DNA of 64,000 bases, taken from NCBI GenBank assembly GCA_963779755.1, contig CAVZZO010000001.1, positions 832,001 to 896,000 of the forward strand. The letters are read 5' to 3'. Origin of the DNA: an uncultured Gemmatimonadales bacterium (lineage in GTDB: Bacteria > Gemmatimonadota > Gemmatimonadetes > Gemmatimonadales > GWC2-71-9). Numbering within the stretch: the stretch's first letter is position 1; each line of letters opens with the position of its first letter. Of this stretch, positions 9,388-18,588 are shown piece by piece. A model generated the notes under the pieces. It was not told where the DNA came from and did not search any database. It worked only from the letters and a program-made list of their open reading frames with translations. Made by a program: the position numbers and the translations under genes.

Positions 9388-9659
9388 TAGTACTCCGCCA
9401 TCACATCGTCCGGATAGCAGTACAGCCACCGTTCACCCGGCTGCGCCGAGGCAATGACCGGATGGCCGGTGGCATGGGCGTGTTTGCTGGCGTGCCGGTT
9501 GGGGGAGCTGTCGCAGCAGAGCGTGACGCCGCACTCCTGACAGGTGCGCAGGTGCACCCAGCGGCTGCCGGTCTTGACGCACTCCTCGCATTCCAGGCGC
9601 CGGGGCTGCTTCAGATCCGTCAGCGCGCCGATGTGTTCGCAGGCACCCTGGATGTGCAT
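9387..9659 (-). CDS. UBP-type zinc finger protein
   Basis: CEH...CEEC...WVHLRTCQECG..LCCDSSPNRHASKH...HPVI..GERWLYCY; GGAGG SD. Confidence 0.9.
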   Translation of the reverse strand: MHIQGACEHIGALTDLKQPRRLECEECVKTGSRWVHLRTCQECGVTLCCDSSPNRHASKHAHATGHPVIASAQPGERWLYCYPDDVMAEY

Positions 9660-9679
9660 GGCTCCTCCCTCCACCGGGG

Positions 9680-10240
9680 TCAGTCGAGCGCGGTATGATT
9701 GTCCAGGTGCGATTCCACGAACCAGAGCCACTTGTCCACTCCGCGCGCGACCTCGGTCAGGATGTCGGCGCTGGCGGCATCGCCCAGGTCGTCCATCTCG
9801 TCGATTCCCATCCGTGCCGAGCGGCCGAACTGGCTCAGGGCATCGGACAGGGCGGCCACGTGCTCGGGGCCGCTGATTATGGTCAGCGGGTAGTCCGTCA
9901 GAGTGCTGCGCCGGGCCACGCTCCGGGCCGTCCCCTCCGCCATGCCGCCCAGCTGCACCACGCGCTCGGCGATGAGGTCGACATATTCCTGCGCGGCGGC
10001 ATTGACCTGGTCGAACAGCTCGTGCAGCGCGATGAAGGCGGGACCCTTCACGTTCCAGTGGGCCTGCTTGCACTGGGTCTGCAGGTCGATGGCGTCGGCC
10101 AGGCGCTGATTCAACAGCCCGGCTACCTGACCCCGGATGTCGGCCGGAAGATCGTTCTTGGTGGGGAGGAGACGAGCCTGGTTGCTGGACGAGCCGTTGC
10201 CGGTAGGCGCGGGCGCTGGTTTCCGGGTTGCAGTTGCCAT
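9680..10240 (-). CDS. dps: DNA starvation/stationary phase protection protein Dps
   Basis: LNQRLADAIDL..QCKQAHWNVKGPAFIALHELFD, DLIAERVVQLGG, DKWLWFVESH; AAGGAG SD. Confidence 0.95.
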   Translation of the reverse strand: MATATRKPAPAPTGNGSSSNQARLLPTKNDLPADIRGQVAGLLNQRLADAIDLQTQCKQAHWNVKGPAFIALHELFDQVNAAAQEYVDLIAERVVQLGGMAEGTARSVARRSTLTDYPLTIISGPEHVAALSDALSQFGRSARMGIDEMDDLGDAASADILTEVARGVDKWLWFVESHLDNHTALD

Positions 10241-10397
10241 CTTGACTGCTCCTTGCTGGATGCTGCGATTGTGACTGCGAACCTCGAGCCCCCCCTGCCC
10301 CTGCACCGGTCGGGAGGCGTGAGGGGGTGGGGGAGGGTCGAGGCCTGACTGGTGCTGTAGATCATACACCAGTCCGTATGAATGCACTCCCCTGTTC

Positions 10398-10413
10398 AAT
10401 GATAATCCTCATT
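10398..10413. promoter_or_regulatory. Fur/PerR-box-like palindrome upstream of dps
   Basis: AATGATAATCCTCATT (AATGA-N6-TCATT, contains GATAAT); AT-rich patch in high-GC DNA ~160 bp upstream of dps. Confidence 0.4.
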
Positions 10414-10543
10414 TCGCCCCGGAGCCCGGTAAGGCCGCCGCCGCCCGAGTCGGGGCCATGGCCATCCGAAGCTCGGGCGTGCCGCGGCACATGCGGCCGA
10501 AGTGCTTCAGGGCCGCTCGGCGGTCAGGGCCATGCCGCCGTCC

Positions 10544-12043
10544 CTACTCGCTCGCCGGAGCGTCCACCGCACAATAGCGGCGCCGGGCCAGGCGCTGCCG
10601 GCTGCATGCCGGCCGCCCGTCGGGAAGCCGGTCACGAATGAGCAGCCAGGCCAGCGCGCCGCCCGACGCCACCGCTGCCGCGGAGAGCTCGAGCGCCGTC
10701 CGGTACCCCGCGGCAAACACGGCGGGATGCTGGAAGGCATCGCCGGTGATCCCGGCCGCGAGCGGCAGGATGGCGACGGCCACCAGCCCTGCGGTGCGTG
10801 CCACGGCGTTGTTTACGCCCGACGCGACGCCGGAGAGCCGCTGGTCGGCCGAGGCGAGCACTGTGGCGGTGAGCGGGGCCACTGTGGCCGAGAGCCCGAG
10901 ACCGAAGATGACCGTTCCCGGCAGGACACCGGTGAGCCAGGACGATTGTGCATCCAGCCGGGAGAGCAGGAGCATACCGGCCGCCATCAGCAGGGGGCCG
11001 GCGGTCATGGGGCGGCGGGGGCCGATCCGTTCCGACAGCGCGCCCGCGCGAGACGAGAGCCCCAGCATCAGCACCGTGATGGGCAGGAGCGCCAGCCCGG
11101 CGGAGACGGGCGAATAGCCGGCAACCTGCTGCAGGAAGACCACCAGCAGGAAGAACAGCCCCGCCATGCCGCCGTAGACCACGAAGGTGACGAGGTTGAC
11201 CCCGGAGAACTGCCGCGAAGCGAAGAGGGTGAGCGGCACCAGCGGCGAGCGCGCAGTCCGTTCGATCGCCAGGAAGGCGAGCAGGCCCAGCAGGCCGGCG
11301 CCCCCCGCTCCCAGTACCGCGGTCGAGGCGCCGCGATCGCCGGCCGCGATGAGAGCCCAGGTGAGCGCGCCGAGCCCCAGGACGCCGGTGGCCGCGCCGG
11401 CCAGGTCGAAGCGCCCTCCGGCCTGGTCCGGCAGGCCGCCCCGGCTTTCTGGCACATGGCGCGCCGTGATCCAGATGACCAGGACGGCCACCGGGAGATT
11501 GATCCAGAAGATGGCGCGCCAGGATACCGTCTCCACCAGCCAGCCGCCCAGCAGGGGGCCTACCGCCGCGGCGATGCCGCCCAGGCCGGACCAGGCGCCT
11601 ACCGCACGGCCGCGATCGCCCTCGCCGAAGGAGGCCTGCAGGATCGCCAGGCTGCCCGGCGTCAGGAGCGCGCCACCGATGCCCTGCAGCGCCCGCGCCA
11701 TCCACAGCAGCTCGATCGTGGGCGCGGCGGCCGAGGCCAGCGATGCCAGCGCGAACCATACGATCCCGATGAGGAAGAGCCGCCGCCGGCCGTAGCGGTC
11801 GGCCAGGGAGCCGGCGAGCAGGATGAGCGAGGCGAGAGGCAGGGTATAGGCGTTGATGATCCACTGCAGCCCGGCGACGGAGGCCCGCAAATCGCGGCCG
11901 ATGGCGGGCAGGGCCACGTTCGTCGTGGTGGAATCCAGCATGGCCATGGCCGACGCTCCCACCGTGGCCGCCACGATCCACCGCGCCCGGGACGTGCCCC
12001 AGGCGATGGACCCCGCTGAACGGTCCGCCGTCGCGTCAGCCAA
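10544..12043 (-). CDS. MFS transporter, DHA2 (EmrB/QacA) type
   Basis: LDSTTTNVALPAI, GSLADRYGRRR, GPLLGGWL, WRAIFWINLPV; ~14 TM segments. Confidence 0.92.
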   Translation of the reverse strand: MADATADRSAGSIAWGTSRARWIVAATVGASAMAMLDSTTTNVALPAIGRDLRASVAGLQWIINAYTLPLASLILLAGSLADRYGRRRLFLIGIVWFALASLASAAAPTIELLWMARALQGIGGALLTPGSLAILQASFGEGDRGRAVGAWSGLGGIAAAVGPLLGGWLVETVSWRAIFWINLPVAVLVIWITARHVPESRGGLPDQAGGRFDLAGAATGVLGLGALTWALIAAGDRGASTAVLGAGGAGLLGLLAFLAIERTARSPLVPLTLFASRQFSGVNLVTFVVYGGMAGLFFLLVVFLQQVAGYSPVSAGLALLPITVLMLGLSSRAGALSERIGPRRPMTAGPLLMAAGMLLLSRLDAQSSWLTGVLPGTVIFGLGLSATVAPLTATVLASADQRLSGVASGVNNAVARTAGLVAVAILPLAAGITGDAFQHPAVFAAGYRTALELSAAAVASGGALAWLLIRDRLPDGRPACSRQRLARRRYCAVDAPASE

Positions 12044-12572
12044 GCATGGCCTGCAGCTTCAGCACCGTATTCCAGTTCCTCGCGGTTCCCGGTCCCAGCG
12101 CCTTGTCCAGCCTCGCGGTGGTCAGCTTCGACCGTCCCTGGCCGTCGGGGTAGTAGATGTATGCCTCACGCTCCCCTGCCTTCACCACCTCGCGGCCGGC
12201 GATGGTGGCCTGAAGCTCCCGGACCCGGCCGGCCGGGATCTTCTCCTTGAGCAGCAGCAGCACCAGCCGGGCGGGATCGGTGCGCGCTTCGCCGGGGAAG
12301 GGATTGGCCGTAATGATTCTGGACCACTCCGTGGCGGTGCGTACGTAGAAGAGCGTATCCATGCCGAGTCGGGTCCGGGCCTCACGCTCCAGCAGCGCCT
12401 CGAGCCTGCCGGGCGGGCCGCCGGGCGCCGGGAAGACGATGTTGCCGGTCTGCAGCAGTGTCCCGACGTTTTTGAACCCCAGCCCCGACATGAAGTCGCG
12501 CAGGTCCGCCATGGAAATCTTGCGGTTCCCGCCGACATTGATGCCGCGGAGCAGGGCGGTGCACTGGGGCAT
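12036..12572 (-). CDS. DUF1697 domain protein
   Basis: ALLRGINVGG...MADLR..GFKNVGTLLQTGNIVF...TARNWNTV. Confidence 0.92.
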   Translation of the reverse strand: MPQCTALLRGINVGGNRKISMADLRDFMSGLGFKNVGTLLQTGNIVFPAPGGPPGRLEALLEREARTRLGMDTLFYVRTATEWSRIITANPFPGEARTDPARLVLLLLKEKIPAGRVRELQATIAGREVVKAGEREAYIYYPDGQGRSKLTTARLDKALGPGTARNWNTVLKLQAMLG

Positions 12573-12627
12573 GGGAGAAACGTAAGGCGTCGGGGAGAAT
12601 GGAGAACAGGGAAGCGGGAAAGAGGGA

Positions 12628-13296
12628 TCAGTAATGCGGCGGCAGCTGGACGGTCGTGCCGATCCCGTGCAGCACCGCCGCCAGGTGCATGATGGTGTGA
12701 GCCAGGATGGGGGCGAGCACGCTGCCGGACAGCAGATAGCTCAGGGTAATGATGGCGTTCCCGATGAGGGGCTGAAGCAGGGCCGGTCCCTGGAACTCGC
12801 GGAACCCCAGATGATAGGCCGCCGTCACCAGCAGACTGCCCGCCAGCGCAAGGAGCGCCAGGCGCAGGCGCGGCCCGGCGCTTTGTCGCTGCACCGCCGG
12901 CCGGGCGCCATAGAGCGCCATCACCGGCAGGACGTTCAGGATCAGTGCGTCCACCACACCGTAGGCCAGGCCGTAGCCCAGGAGAGCGGCAACGAGCCCC
13001 GCTCCGCCGGGGATTGCTCCGGCCGGCTGCCGGGCTACGGTGCGCGCGAGCAGCAGTCCGAAGAGGAGGCCGACGATGAGGCCCGCGAGCCACCGGCGCC
13101 TCAATTGCGCGACGAAGTCGATGCCGCCCAAGCGCAGATAGGCCAGCATCAGGCCCAGGGCTGCCAGACCCCAGAGCGCCACAAAGGCGGCCCGGGGCCA
13201 TTGGAGCAGTCCCGAGAAGATGCCCGATCCGCTGAATCCAAGGACCGCCGCAAGGATGACCCAGTGCCAACCGGCGGCTCTGTGCTGTTTCACCAC
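12628..13296 (-). CDS. Hypothetical multi-pass membrane protein (CPBP/Abi-like)
   Basis: Multiple TM helices with AAYHLGF and AHTIMH motifs; GGAGG SD before GTG. Confidence 0.7.
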   Translation of the reverse strand: MVKQHRAAGWHWVILAAVLGFSGSGIFSGLLQWPRAAFVALWGLAALGLMLAYLRLGGIDFVAQLRRRWLAGLIVGLLFGLLLARTVARQPAGAIPGGAGLVAALLGYGLAYGVVDALILNVLPVMALYGARPAVQRQSAGPRLRLALLALAGSLLVTAAYHLGFREFQGPALLQPLIGNAIITLSYLLSGSVLAPILAHTIMHLAAVLHGIGTTVQLPPHY

Positions 13297-13448
13297 TGTT
13301 GCTATCCTCCGGTGGAAACTGCTGCCCGCAACCTGGCCTGCCGGGGGTGTAGCGAGCGTGAAGAAACATCGAAGAGAGGCGACGCCGGTCACGGACAATG
13401 GCCGGTCGGGATACTATCCAGGAGTGTCGCCTGCTGTCGAGAATCGCC

Positions 13449-14090
13449 ATGTCGAAACGCTACAAGATCGTTCGCCGCCGGCCCGAGGAGCATGATGGCG
13501 CCGGGAATCACCCTGACGAGTCGCCCGGCTTCTCCCGGCTCGGGGCCCTGGCCCTGGCCGGCGCCGCCGCCTTTGCGCTGACCCGGCTGACCGCCGCCCG
13601 GGAGCCGCCGGGACGATTCCGCAATCTGGTGCTGACCGGCATGCTGTTCCGTGGCGCGCGCTTGCTGCGCCGGAGCTACTTCCCGGCCCGCTGGCTGGGG
13701 TTTGGACTCTGGTCGCTGGAGGTGGTAGCGCTCACCAGCCGGCCCGATCTCTACCTCCGGGCCCGGCAGTTTCTCCGCGACCCCGGTGGGGAGTTGATTG
13801 CGGCAGGCGAGGCAATCCGGCAGCCGCCGCGCCGCGTCCTCCGGCGCCGGGCGGAGGCCGGCGTGCTCAAACCGCTGGTGGTCTTCGGCCTCGGCGTGGC
13901 CGCTACCTGGCTGGCCGGCAAGGCACTCCGGCGGATGGCCGGACCGGGGCCCATGACGCAGGCGACCGTGCCGGTCAATCCCGCCGACGATGATCTGGGC
14001 AACCCGGGAGAAAACATTCAGCAGCGCCTGGACGAAGCCATCGAGGAAACCTTTCCGGGAAGTGATCCGGTTTCGATGCAGATCGAATAG
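13449..14090 (+). CDS. Hypothetical membrane protein with C-terminal LDEAIEETFPGSDP motif
   Basis: ORF with hydrophobic segments and a short acidic terminal motif. Confidence 0.65.
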   Translation: MSKRYKIVRRRPEEHDGAGNHPDESPGFSRLGALALAGAAAFALTRLTAAREPPGRFRNLVLTGMLFRGARLLRRSYFPARWLGFGLWSLEVVALTSRPDLYLRARQFLRDPGGELIAAGEAIRQPPRRVLRRRAEAGVLKPLVVFGLGVAATWLAGKALRRMAGPGPMTQATVPVNPADDDLGNPGENIQQRLDEAIEETFPGSDPVSMQIE

Positions 14091-14103
14091 GCCGGGGGCA
14101 GCA

Positions 14104-15459
14104 TCAGGTTCTCATCGCCCGCACCATGCTCTCCAGGCTTCGCTCGATATCCTCGTCCGTTGTGGCCCACCCGCTCACGCTGATGCGCATGGCGGTCCGG
14201 CCCTGCCATTCGGTGCCGCCGCACCAGCAAGTGCCGTCCTGCTGGATCCGCCCCATTACCGCTCGGGTGCGTTCCGGACTGCCGAAGGACACCAGAACCT
14301 GATTGAGTACAACCTCATTGAGAATCTCAGCGCCGGCCCCGGTGAGTCCCTCCGCCAGGCGCCGCGCGTGCCGGCAGCAGCGCTCGATTATGCCGGCGAC
14401 GCCCTCCCGGCCCAGCGAGCGCAGAGCGGCCCACACCTCGATCCCCCGCGCCCGGCGGGAGAGCTCCGGCGTATAGTCGGCCGGTTCACGCCGGCCGCTG
14501 CTGGGGAGGTACGACGTGGAAAAGGACATGGCCTGCCGGAGGGCGGCCGGATCGCGCACCAGCGCAACCCCGCTGTCGTAGGGAACGTTGAGCCATTTGT
14601 GCGCGTCAATGGCCCAGGAATCGGCCTGGTCCGCCCCGGCCAGGAGCGGGCGCGTGGCCGGCGCGGCCCGGGCCCACAGGCCGAAGGCGCCGTCGATGTG
14701 CACCCAGGCGCCGGCCCGGTGTGCCCAGGCGATCAGTTCCGGCAGCGGATCGACCGCCCCGGTATTCAGGTTGCCCGCCTGCAGGGATACGATGGCCGGG
14801 CCATGGAGTGACGGCAATGCAGCGGTACGCATGCGCCCCTGCCGGTCCACCGGCACCTGCACCACGCGCTCCCGGCCGAGTCCCAGCAGGGCGAGCGCCT
14901 GCAGCAGCGTGGCATGCACCTCCGCTCCTGTCACTACCGTTATCGGAGGCGCGCCGAAGAGGCCGCGCGCCGTGACATCCCAGCCCTGGCGCAACAGGAC
15001 GGCGCCCCGCGCCGCCGCCAGCCCGCAAAAGTTGGCCATGGTGGCGCCGGTGACGAACCCGGCGCCGGTGCCCGCGGGCAGCTCGAGCAGATCCACCAGC
15101 CAGTCCTGCGCCATCTGCTCCAGTTTCGCGGCTGCCGGGCTGGTGGCCCAGAGCGCCGCGTTCTGGTCCCACGCGCCGGCGAGCCAGTTGGCGGCGAGCG
15201 CTGCAGGAGTGCTGCCCCCGATGACGAATCCGAAGAAGCGGCCGCCCGCGCTGGCTACGGTGGCCGGGGAGCCGGCCTCGTCCAGCAGGCGCAGGGTATC
15301 GGCCGGATCGCCGGGCCCGTCGGGCAGCGCCTCGTCGAAGCGGTTCAGGCCGCGCAACGCGGCCTCATCGGGGGCCACCCGCCGGTGCTCGAGGCCCTGA
15401 AGGTAGGCGGCGGCTCGCACCGCGGCGTCGTGCAGAAGGGTAGGGGGTGTGGGGCGCAT
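14104..15459 (-). CDS. Group II PLP-dependent amino acid decarboxylase
   Basis: RFFGFVIGG, WDQNA, FVTGATMANF, WVHIDGAFG, DAHKWLNVPYD (PLP lysine). Confidence 0.92.
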   Translation of the reverse strand: MRPTPPTLLHDAAVRAAAYLQGLEHRRVAPDEAALRGLNRFDEALPDGPGDPADTLRLLDEAGSPATVASAGGRFFGFVIGGSTPAALAANWLAGAWDQNAALWATSPAAAKLEQMAQDWLVDLLELPAGTGAGFVTGATMANFCGLAAARGAVLLRQGWDVTARGLFGAPPITVVTGAEVHATLLQALALLGLGRERVVQVPVDRQGRMRTAALPSLHGPAIVSLQAGNLNTGAVDPLPELIAWAHRAGAWVHIDGAFGLWARAAPATRPLLAGADQADSWAIDAHKWLNVPYDSGVALVRDPAALRQAMSFSTSYLPSSGRREPADYTPELSRRARGIEVWAALRSLGREGVAGIIERCCRHARRLAEGLTGAGAEILNEVVLNQVLVSFGSPERTRAVMGRIQQDGTCWCGGTEWQGRTAMRISVSGWATTDEDIERSLESMVRAMRT

Positions 15460-15556
15460 ATGTGGTGAACTGGTTCAATGGGAAGGAGAACAGGGAAACA
15501 CAGGGCGTAGCCCTTGTTCTATTCCCGTTTCACCTGTTCCCTGTCCCATCGCCGGC

Positions 15557-15720
15557 TATTCGGCGGTTGACGGGTCGGTGGTCGCGTTCTCCTCGGTCAA
15601 GCGATTGGCGGGGAAGCCGCCCCGGACAGGCTCCGTTCACCACCGCGCGCAGGTGGCGCAGGATGGGGCGACCGAACTCTGGCCCCTTCTGATGCAGGCG
15701 GCTGGACGCGGATCGCGCAT
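15557..15720 (-). pseudogene. Frameshifted 5-prime remnant of a YdeI/OmpD-associated (DUF1801-like) gene
   Basis: MRDPRPAACI, then a frameshift to KGPEFGRPILRHLRAVVNGACP, resembling the family N-terminus RDPRxDAYI..FARPIL.HLR.VVH.ACP; the 3-prime limit is approximate. Confidence 0.55.
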
Positions 15721-15750
15721 GGTGAATCTGCCCTGCGAGGGATCGGAGCA

Positions 15751-16101
15751 CTAGAGCACCCAGCGGGGACCAAGCAACCAGAAGAAGATCGCGAGAGCGG
15801 CGGCGGCCACCAGCAGCGTTCCCAGCCCCGCCAGTGCCGCCTGGAGGAGGGCGATGGCCCGTCCGGGGTGGTCCTCCGCCCGGTGCGCCAGCAGGCCCCA
15901 GAGCGCGACGGTGGCGGCCGCCCCGCCTAGCGCCGAAAGCGGCCACAGCCAGACCGAGATGACGACCAGAATCAGGGCTTCCAGCAGAGCGGAGCCCAGG
16001 AGGACCAGGAGAACTCGTGTGGACGCGCCCGCGGCCCGGCGTTCCACGAACGCGTAGATGGATTCCTGGGGGAGAGCGGTCTGGTTGGATCCGGGTGTCA
16101 T
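15751..16101 (-). CDS. Hypothetical membrane protein
   Basis: 116 aa, 3 TM segments, ATGA overlap with upstream gene. Confidence 0.7.
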   Translation of the reverse strand: MTPGSNQTALPQESIYAFVERRAAGASTRVLLVLLGSALLEALILVVISVWLWPLSALGGAAATVALWGLLAHRAEDHPGRAIALLQAALAGLGTLLVAAAALAIFFWLLGPRWVL

Positions 16102-16883
16102 CCCTGGTTGCTCCTGTTGCTGCAGAATGGGGGATCAGGGCCGGCCGGCAGTCCTGCCTGGCGCTCCCGGACGGCCGCCTCCACCAGCGCGCGCGCGAGC
16201 GGCGGCACCTGTCCTTTCAGCGCGGCGCGTTCCGGCTGAAACAGGGTCAGCACATAAAAGGGATGCCCCCACAACTCGACGGCCCGGATATCGCCATCGC
16301 TGTCCCAGGCGGCGGGCCGCAGCGGCCCCTCGGCAAGGCGCCCGAGGTACGCCGGGTTCAGCCCGTAGCGGCAATGATAGCCCTCGATCGCGCGAGCGTC
16401 GCCGTAGAGCATCGCCAGCCGCGACCCGGGCGGGAAGTGCACCTCGCCCTGTTCTTCTACCAGGGAACAGGCGAGCGGGGCGATCAGCGGGTCGGGCGCG
16501 GCAGGATCCAGCTCGGCGTGCGTGGCCGACGCCAGGCCCCATACGTTGCGGGCGTATTCCAGCAGGGCATGCTGAAAGCCGCCGCAGGTGCCGATGAAGG
16601 GGCGGCTCCGTTCCCGGGCAAAGCGGGCGGCGGCGAGGGCGGCATCCGTGCTGGCGTAGGGACTGGCCGGCACGAGCCAGAGCGCGTCATATCGTTCCAG
16701 CCGGGCAGCGGTATCCGATGCACCCAATTCCGCCGTATGCAGCCATTCCCAGGCGATCTCGACCCTGGCGGCAGCCCCTGCCAGCCGCAGCGCCTCGGGA
16801 ATGGCCCGGTGGGCAAGGACTGCGGGATCGTGATCGCCGATCAGGCCGATGCTGAGGCGGGATTCAGGTGACAGTGTGGTCAT
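16098..16883 (-). CDS. Stand-alone CTP synthase C-terminal (class I glutamine amidotransferase-like) protein
   Basis: IGLIGD, WLVPASPY, GTCGGFQH, YHCRYGLN, HPFYVLTLFQPE; no synthetase domain. Confidence 0.88.
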   Translation of the reverse strand: MTTLSPESRLSIGLIGDHDPAVLAHRAIPEALRLAGAAARVEIAWEWLHTAELGASDTAARLERYDALWLVPASPYASTDAALAAARFARERSRPFIGTCGGFQHALLEYARNVWGLASATHAELDPAAPDPLIAPLACSLVEEQGEVHFPPGSRLAMLYGDARAIEGYHCRYGLNPAYLGRLAEGPLRPAAWDSDGDIRAVELWGHPFYVLTLFQPERAALKGQVPPLARALVEAAVRERQAGLPAGPDPPFCSNRSNQG

Positions 16884-17040
16884 CGCGCCTGCGGGCAGAA
16901 GGAGAGCCAGGCCGGCGCCCTGGCCGGACCGGGACCCCTGGTATCACCGCCTGGTCCTCGAGCGGCCGGGTGTCGCGCTTTTTTTTCGCTGCAGACAGGC
17001 AGAGCGGTGATCGTGCGACAGCCTCTGCCGTCCTGCCGTC

Positions 17041-17358
17041 CTACTTCCCTCTTCTTCCTTTCTTCTTCCTGTCCGCTTTTCCCTTCCCGTACAAGTCACG
17101 CAACTCATCCTTGGCCGCTTCCAGCCGTCGTCGCTGAGCCCCGGAGAGCTGCTTTCCCGCCCGGTTGATATAGAAGGTGAGCATGCTCATGGCCGAGCGG
17201 AACGGGCTCGATTTGCGGCGCCGGCTGCGATCCGCCGAGCGTTTGAGCGACCGGGCGATGGCCCGGGGATCGCGCTTCGCGAAAACGCCCTCTTCCAGGT
17301 CGAGCGCGTTACTGCGGCGGGTCACCCGCCCGGACCAGCGGCTGGACTTCCTTGCCAT
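17041..17358 (-). CDS. DUF3175 domain protein
   Basis: SNALDLEEGVF...IARSLKRSA..SRRRKSSPFRSAMSMLTFYINRAG; GGAGG SD. Confidence 0.9.
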   Translation of the reverse strand: MARKSSRWSGRVTRRSNALDLEEGVFAKRDPRAIARSLKRSADRSRRRKSSPFRSAMSMLTFYINRAGKQLSGAQRRRLEAAKDELRDLYGKGKADRKKKGRRGK

Positions 17359-17426
17359 CCGCGCCTCCCTCTGCCGACCCTCCTCCGTGCGACTCCCGTG
17401 CTTCTCCCGTCTTCTTCGCGTCCTCC

Positions 17427-18074
17427 TCACGGCCCCTGTTTTGAATACACCGAGTCCAGAGTGCGTTTGTACGCCGCCAGCGGCGGCAGCCCCAGGCGGG
17501 CGCGCCGGGCATCCACCTCCGCGGAGTCTTCGATGGGATCGATAATCACCGTCCCGTTCCGGATGGTGGCCTGGGTCCCGTAGCGCTGCGGCTTGCCCTG
17601 GGCCTTGGCCACGCGATCGGTCAGCATGGCGAGCGACTCGCCATCGATGTTGCCGGCGGTATATGCCGAGTTGAGTCGCGGCAGCACCGAGGCCTGGAAT
17701 GCCGTGTCCTGGTCGGCGTGCTGCACCAGCAGAAACGCCGCCTCGACGCCGTCCCGTCCGACGGCGGCAACGGTCGGCCAGCCGAGCTGCCGGATCAGCG
17801 GCTTGAGCCAGGCCGTGTTGGACGAATCTACCGCGCGCATGCGTCGCGCGACCGGCTGGGTAATGGTACCGGTGGAGCGAAGCTGGGCCGCGAAGGTGTC
17901 GCGAATGGCCTGGTCCAACCGGACCCGCTGCAGCAGCTCCGGCCGCTTCCCGCGCCAGCCGGCGGCGCTGGAGTCCTGGCCCGGGAGCCCGGGCGGCATC
18001 AGGGTGGAGGCTCCCAGGAACACCAGCAGCGGGACCAGCAGGCGGCGGATTTGCCGGGGAGTGTTGTGCGTCAT
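17427..18074 (-). CDS. DUF6624-like exported protein
   Basis: Signal peptide, DQAIR, GWP, AAFLLVQHAD, AMLTDRV...PQRYGTQ, VDARRARLGLPPL. Confidence 0.8.
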   Translation of the reverse strand: MTHNTPRQIRRLLVPLLVFLGASTLMPPGLPGQDSSAAGWRGKRPELLQRVRLDQAIRDTFAAQLRSTGTITQPVARRMRAVDSSNTAWLKPLIRQLGWPTVAAVGRDGVEAAFLLVQHADQDTAFQASVLPRLNSAYTAGNIDGESLAMLTDRVAKAQGKPQRYGTQATIRNGTVIIDPIEDSAEVDARRARLGLPPLAAYKRTLDSVYSKQGP

Positions 18075-18171
18075 CGCTCGCCGTGTCGGGGCCGGGTTGC
18101 ACAATGGCATACTGTCGCGCGGTTGTCCATTGGCGGGCAGGTGGGGGAAGAGCCTCGGGAGCGGCCAGGTG

Positions 18172-18588
18172 CTATGGCCGGCTCCGGGCCATCACGGCGT
18201 CCAGCGAGATCGGGCCTGCGCCTCGCGCGGCGAAGAAGAGCCAGATGAAGGCATACAACACCGGCAGTTCCCCCCGGTTTTCCCACCACCAGAGATGGCC
18301 GCTGCCCCCCAGGTGAATCCAGAAATAGGCCACGGCCATTTCGCCCGACGCGATGATCGCGACGATGCGGGTAAAGAGGCCAAGCACGATGCAGAGGCCC
18401 GCGACAGTCTCGATGGCGCCGGCAGCGCCGAACCGGGTGAGGAACTCCGCGTGCTGGCCGGGGCCGCCGAAGCCGCCGAACCAGCCCAGCAGCTTTGCCG
18501 CGCCATGGGAAAAGAAGGCCAGCCCGGCCGCGATGCGGAGGGCGGTGAGTGCTAGGGTCACCTCGCGGCGTTCCAGGGGATAGTTCAC
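18172..18588 (-). CDS. DoxX family membrane protein
   Basis: LRIAAGLAFFSHGAAKL, GLFTR, SGEMAVAYF, N.GE, GAGPISLD. Confidence 0.92.
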   Translation of the reverse strand: MNYPLERREVTLALTALRIAAGLAFFSHGAAKLLGWFGGFGGPGQHAEFLTRFGAAGAIETVAGLCIVLGLFTRIVAIIASGEMAVAYFWIHLGGSGHLWWWENRGELPVLYAFIWLFFAARGAGPISLDAVMARSRP

